DNA of 64,000 nt from Clostridium thermobutyricum. GTDB taxonomy: Bacteria; Bacillota; Clostridia; Ch29. Made by a program: the position numbers and the translations under genes. Location of the stretch: NCBI GenBank assembly GCA_016842005.1, contig JAENYD010000008.1:17579-81578 (forward strand). The letters are read 5' to 3'. The notes under the pieces are model-generated. The model worked only from the letters and a program-made list of their open reading frames with translations, was not told where the DNA came from and ran no database searches. Shown here piece after piece: positions 60,451-64,000 of the stretch (positions are counted from its first letter, which is position 1; every line of letters starts with the position of its first letter).

Positions 60451-62193
60451 ATGAAAAACCAGCAGTTTCTTGAGAACCCTATTACCACCGAAATTATCAG
60501 GAATGCACTGGCATCAGCGGCTAATGAGATGGTGGAAAGCCTGTTCCGTAGCGCTTATACACCCATAATCTATGAGATGAAGGATTGTGCGGTAGCACTT
60601 TTCAATGAAAACCTGGAAGCCCTGGGCCAGTCACTGGGAGTACCATTATTTCTCGGGAATCTGGAAGAGACCATAAAAGTTGCTACTGAGTATTACGGAG
60701 GAGCAGATTATTACAACCAGGGGGATGTATATATACTTAATGATTCTTACAGAACCGGAACCCATTCCAATGATATGACGGTTTTCTCTCCCATATTCTA
60801 TAAAGGACAGCTGGTGGGTTTTGCCGCCAACAGGGCACACTGGCTGGATGTAGGGTCAAAAGACCCTGCCGCACCCATGGATTCAACAGACATATATCAG
60901 GAAGGTATCAGACTTGGACCGTTAAAGTTGATGGACCGGGGGGAATTAAGAAAAGACCTGGCTGACACTATATGCATGAACAGCCGTTTTCCCGTAAACG
61001 CAATGGGTGACCTCAATGCCCAGATAGCAGCCTGCAAGACCGGAGAGAAGAGGCTTGCCGAGATAATTGAAAGATTTGGACTGGAGACTCTAAGAAGGGC
61101 CACCCACGATATTTTCAAGCAGTCAGAAAATATGGAGAGGGAAGTACTGTCTGAAATACCCGAAGGGGTATACACTGCAGAAGGGTATCTGGATAATGAC
61201 GGTATAACCGAGGACCCGGTTCATGTTAAGGTGAAAGTGACGGTTAAGAACGGTGAGATGCATGTTGATCTGGACGGGTCAAGCGATATGGTCAGGGGCA
61301 GCACCAATTGCGGTTTTGCACAGACTATTGCCGCCTGCCGGGTTTCATACAAGATGATTGTTCAACCCCATGCCCCTGTTACAGGAGGTTCCTTTAAGGC
61401 TCTCCATGTGACAGCTCCAAAACCTTCCATATTTGCTGCTCAGGAGCCGGCAGCATGTTCATGGTATTTCTCCCATCTGGGGCTGTTGATTGACCTTATA
61501 GTGAAAGCCCTGGAAGATGCAATACCCCACAAAGTCGCCGGAGCTCATTACGGGGATTCCATGTGCTGCTACCTGTCCGGGATTCATCCTAAAACAGGTA
61601 AATTATATCTGTATGATGAACCGACTGTAGGAGGATGGGGAGGTTACAGCAAAGATGACGGACAGGACTGCCTGATAAATGTTACCAATGGTGATTTCAA
61701 AAACTATCCGGTTGAAGTATTTGAAAATCATTACCCCGTGAAAGTTAACAGATATGCTATCAGGCCGGATTCGGGCGGGCCTGGAAAGAACAGGGGAGGC
61801 AACGGGGTAATCAGGGAGTATCAGACACTTATGGATGAAACTTTCCTGTATCTGTGGTTTGAAAGGTCTAAACTTCCTGCCTGGGGAGTGCAGGGGGGCA
61901 AAAGCGGTAAGGCACCAATAATAACGGTCACCGATAATAACGGAAATATAAAGGATAAGCTGCTGAAAACAAATGGTTATCCTTTAGGCAGGGGATGGAA
62001 AGTAACAATTGAATCGGGTGGCGGTGGAGGTTATGGAGACCCGTATGAACGGGAACCAGAGAGAGTGATGGAAGATTTCCTGGAAGGGTATATCACCCGG
62101 GAGCACGCTGAGGCGGAATACGGGGTTGTTATCAATGAATCAGGGAACGTAGACTATGAGAAGACAGAGGCCATGAGGAGAACTCGAAAATAG
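60451..62193 (+). CDS. hyuB: hydantoinase B / N-methylhydantoinase B / oxoprolinase-type subunit (HyuB family)
   Basis: 580 aa hydantoinase_B family. The hyuA-hyuB order is conserved. Confidence 0.85.
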   Translation: MKNQQFLENPITTEIIRNALASAANEMVESLFRSAYTPIIYEMKDCAVALFNENLEALGQSLGVPLFLGNLEETIKVATEYYGGADYYNQGDVYILNDSYRTGTHSNDMTVFSPIFYKGQLVGFAANRAHWLDVGSKDPAAPMDSTDIYQEGIRLGPLKLMDRGELRKDLADTICMNSRFPVNAMGDLNAQIAACKTGEKRLAEIIERFGLETLRRATHDIFKQSENMEREVLSEIPEGVYTAEGYLDNDGITEDPVHVKVKVTVKNGEMHVDLDGSSDMVRGSTNCGFAQTIAACRVSYKMIVQPHAPVTGGSFKALHVTAPKPSIFAAQEPAACSWYFSHLGLLIDLIVKALEDAIPHKVAGAHYGDSMCCYLSGIHPKTGKLYLYDEPTVGGWGGYSKDDGQDCLINVTNGDFKNYPVEVFENHYPVKVNRYAIRPDSGGPGKNRGGNGVIREYQTLMDETFLYLWFERSKLPAWGVQGGKSGKAPIITVTDNNGNIKDKLLKTNGYPLGRGWKVTIESGGGGGYGDPYEREPERVMEDFLEGYITREHAEAEYGVVINESGNVDYEKTEAMRRTRK

Positions 62194-62234
62194 GCGGATA
62201 TACGGCAAACTAATCTATACTTGAGGTGTTTACA

Positions 62235-62678
62235 ATGCATATGATTAAGCTAACTTTTGAAAGAGGCGGCACATTATTAGCCAGACTAAACGATAAGGCG
62301 CCTAAAACAGTAAAGGAAGTAATGGAAAGGTTGCCTATTACTTCAACAGTATATCATACAAGGTGGTGTGGAAGGGAAGTAAGCTTTGAAATAAGGACCA
62401 ATAGGCTTCCGCCTTTGGAAAACTGCTCAACCATCGTCAGCAAGTTTGACCTGGCATACTGGAGAGACTGGGATGGTTTAACAGTACCTGAAGGGGAAGG
62501 ACCCAAGGAGGCAATTGCCATATATTATGGTCCCGAGTTGTTAAGGTACCACAACGGCTCATTGAGGGCAAACATTATTGGCCGTATTGAGGTGGACCAG
62601 GAGCAGCTTCTGGAGGATATAGGGCTCAGGATATGGGAATACGGGAAAGAAAAGGTTACTGTTGAAGTATACAAGTGA
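62235..62678 (+). CDS. cyclophilin-like fold protein (DUF3830-like)
   Basis: About 147 aa (IKLTFERGGTLLARLNDKAPKTVKEVMERLP...) resembling DUF3830 proteins that accompany hydantoinase/creatininase loci. ATG 62235 follows a GAGGTG RBS. Confidence 0.5.
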   Translation: MHMIKLTFERGGTLLARLNDKAPKTVKEVMERLPITSTVYHTRWCGREVSFEIRTNRLPPLENCSTIVSKFDLAYWRDWDGLTVPEGEGPKEAIAIYYGPELLRYHNGSLRANIIGRIEVDQEQLLEDIGLRIWEYGKEKVTVEVYK

Positions 62679-62857
62679 ATTCAGGTGGATTGTAAATGGA
62701 TTATAAGGGGTTAGCATATAGCATTTCCTGTTTATCACTGACGTTGAATAATGCCCGAATTAATTGATTCAGGGGGTGGTTGTTAAAGGGGTATAATAGA
62801 CGGTTGTTCAGGTTACAAGGCGGTCTGAGGGGGAATAAAAAAAAGGAGGGTTCAATT

Positions 62858-64000
62858 ATGTTTTTGACTAACGGTAAGGGCAGGAAGTGGTTTGTGCTCA
62901 TAAGCATCATAGCGTTAATACTTAGTCTTGCAACAGCTTGTGGTACCTCCAGGGAAGAGGCTGAAGAATATACTCCCACACCAGAGGACTATACTGTGAC
63001 AGTAACGGGGTCGTTCCCGCTGTACACAGACCCTGCAGTCGGCAGTAATGCCATAGAAGCTTCAGCCCTGTTTAATCTTTATGACCCGCTGGTATTTCCG
63101 GCTCTGGACGGTGAAATCAAGCCTCATCTTGCAACAGAATGGGAGGTATCGCCTGATGGCATGCAGTATACCTTCCATATTAGGAAAGGCGTAAAATTCC
63201 ACGATGGCACTGAATTAACCGCTGAAGACGTTGCTTTCAGCATGAACAGGTTGCTTACAATAGGTGAAGGATTTGCATATCTGTATACCGATTATATTGA
63301 TAATGCAGAAGTGGTGGACGATTATACGGTACAGTTCAATATGAAGAAAACCTTTGGTCCTTTAGTACCCTCGTTGGTAAGATTTTATGTCCTGAATAAG
63401 GACCTTGTAATGGAGCATATAGAAAAACCGGGGCCATATGGTGACATGGGAGATTATGGAAAAAAATGGCTGCTGGCAAACGATGCCGGTAGCGGTCCCT
63501 ATGAAATGGTTGAAATGAAAATGGAAGAATCAATGCTGGCACAAAAATTCCAGGACTACTGGCAGGATTTCGAGGAGAATACTCCCGAATTCTTTAAAGT
63601 AATAAGCTGGTGTGACCCGGTTACCGTCAGGACCCTTATGGCCCAGCGTGAACTGACGATTACAGACGAGTGGCAATCCATAGAGAACATCAACAATATG
63701 GACCAGATTGAGGGTGTCGATGTGGCCATGCTGTCTGCCGGTGCTATTGGCAGTATAGACCTGAATACCAAAAAGCCTCCAACCGATGACGTGCATTTCA
63801 GAAAAGCCCTGGCATATCTTATGGACTATAAAACCGTGACAACAAACATCTATCCCGGAGCAAACCAGCCCGTTGGGCCTGTTGCGCCGGTATACAACGG
63901 ACATAATCCCGACCTTATGCAGTATGAGTTCAACAAAGAGAAAGCACTGGAGGAACTGAAAAAATCCAAGTATTATGGCAAACTGGATCAATATCCGGTT
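62858..64000 (+). CDS. ABC transporter substrate-binding lipoprotein, family 5 (peptide/nickel/opine type); 3' end outside window
   Basis: AAAGGAGGG RBS, signal peptide with lipobox LSLATAC, and SBP_bac_5 motifs. The frame is open to the window end. Absent from the track because it has no stop. Confidence 0.8.
   Translation, partial: MFLTNGKGRKWFVLISIIALILSLATACGTSREEAEEYTPTPEDYTVTVTGSFPLYTDPAVGSNAIEASALFNLYDPLVFPALDGEIKPHLATEWEVSPDGMQYTFHIRKGVKFHDGTELTAEDVAFSMNRLLTIGEGFAYLYTDYIDNAEVVDDYTVQFNMKKTFGPLVPSLVRFYVLNKDLVMEHIEKPGPYGDMGDYGKKWLLANDAGSGPYEMVEMKMEESMLAQKFQDYWQDFEENTPEFFKVISWCDPVTVRTLMAQRELTITDEWQSIENINNMDQIEGVDVAMLSAGAIGSIDLNTKKPPTDDVHFRKALAYLMDYKTVTTNIYPGANQPVGPVAPVYNGHNPDLMQYEFNKEKALEELKKSKYYGKLDQYPV

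Overview
This window is a conserved core-chromosome segment of an endospore-forming Firmicute, probably a Clostridia-class anaerobe with about 48% GC. Genes are almost all on the + strand. The order matches the Bacillus subtilis comEC-to-sigA region: comEC end, holA, rpsT, gpr, spoIIP, yqxA, lepA, hemW, the CIRCE-controlled hrcA-grpE-dnaK-dnaJ operon, prmA, rsmE, mtaB, a HIT protein, rpsU, yqeY, nfeD, floA, yqfB-like, yqfC, yqfD, phoH, pgpH, ybeY, a dgkA fusion, a CorC/CBS transporter, cdd, era, yqzL, recO, T-box-controlled glyQS, folP-folB-folK, ccpN, the ppdK regulator (PDRP) and ppdK, dgt, dnaG, sigA, tRNA-Asn, tRNA(CAU), a HAD hydrolase, trmK, nif3, a COG1579 protein, rnhA and a type-A RNase P RNA. 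Accessory or unusual content interrupts this backbone in five places. (1) A TGA-containing CC/Se-motif selenoprotein gene between ppdK and dgt, which the ORF track splits and misses. (2) An AT-rich islet between glyQS and folP carrying a Phd/YefM-Uma2 endonuclease fusion with a palindromic operator, a truncated phosphoesterase gene and a poly-Arg-tailed protein. (3) A lipoprotein plus secreted EEP-domain protein inserted between yqeY and nfeD. (4) A roughly 600-nt structured, AT-rich intergenic region upstream of dnaG. (5) At the 3' end, an AT-rich junction followed by an XRE-cupin regulator, an M24 peptidase, hydantoinase A and B, a DUF3830 protein and an ABC substrate-binding protein, which form a putative cyclic-amide or peptide catabolic locus. 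No CRISPR array, transposase or integrase is visible. Start codons marked as alternatives are inferred from RBS position and may be off by one.
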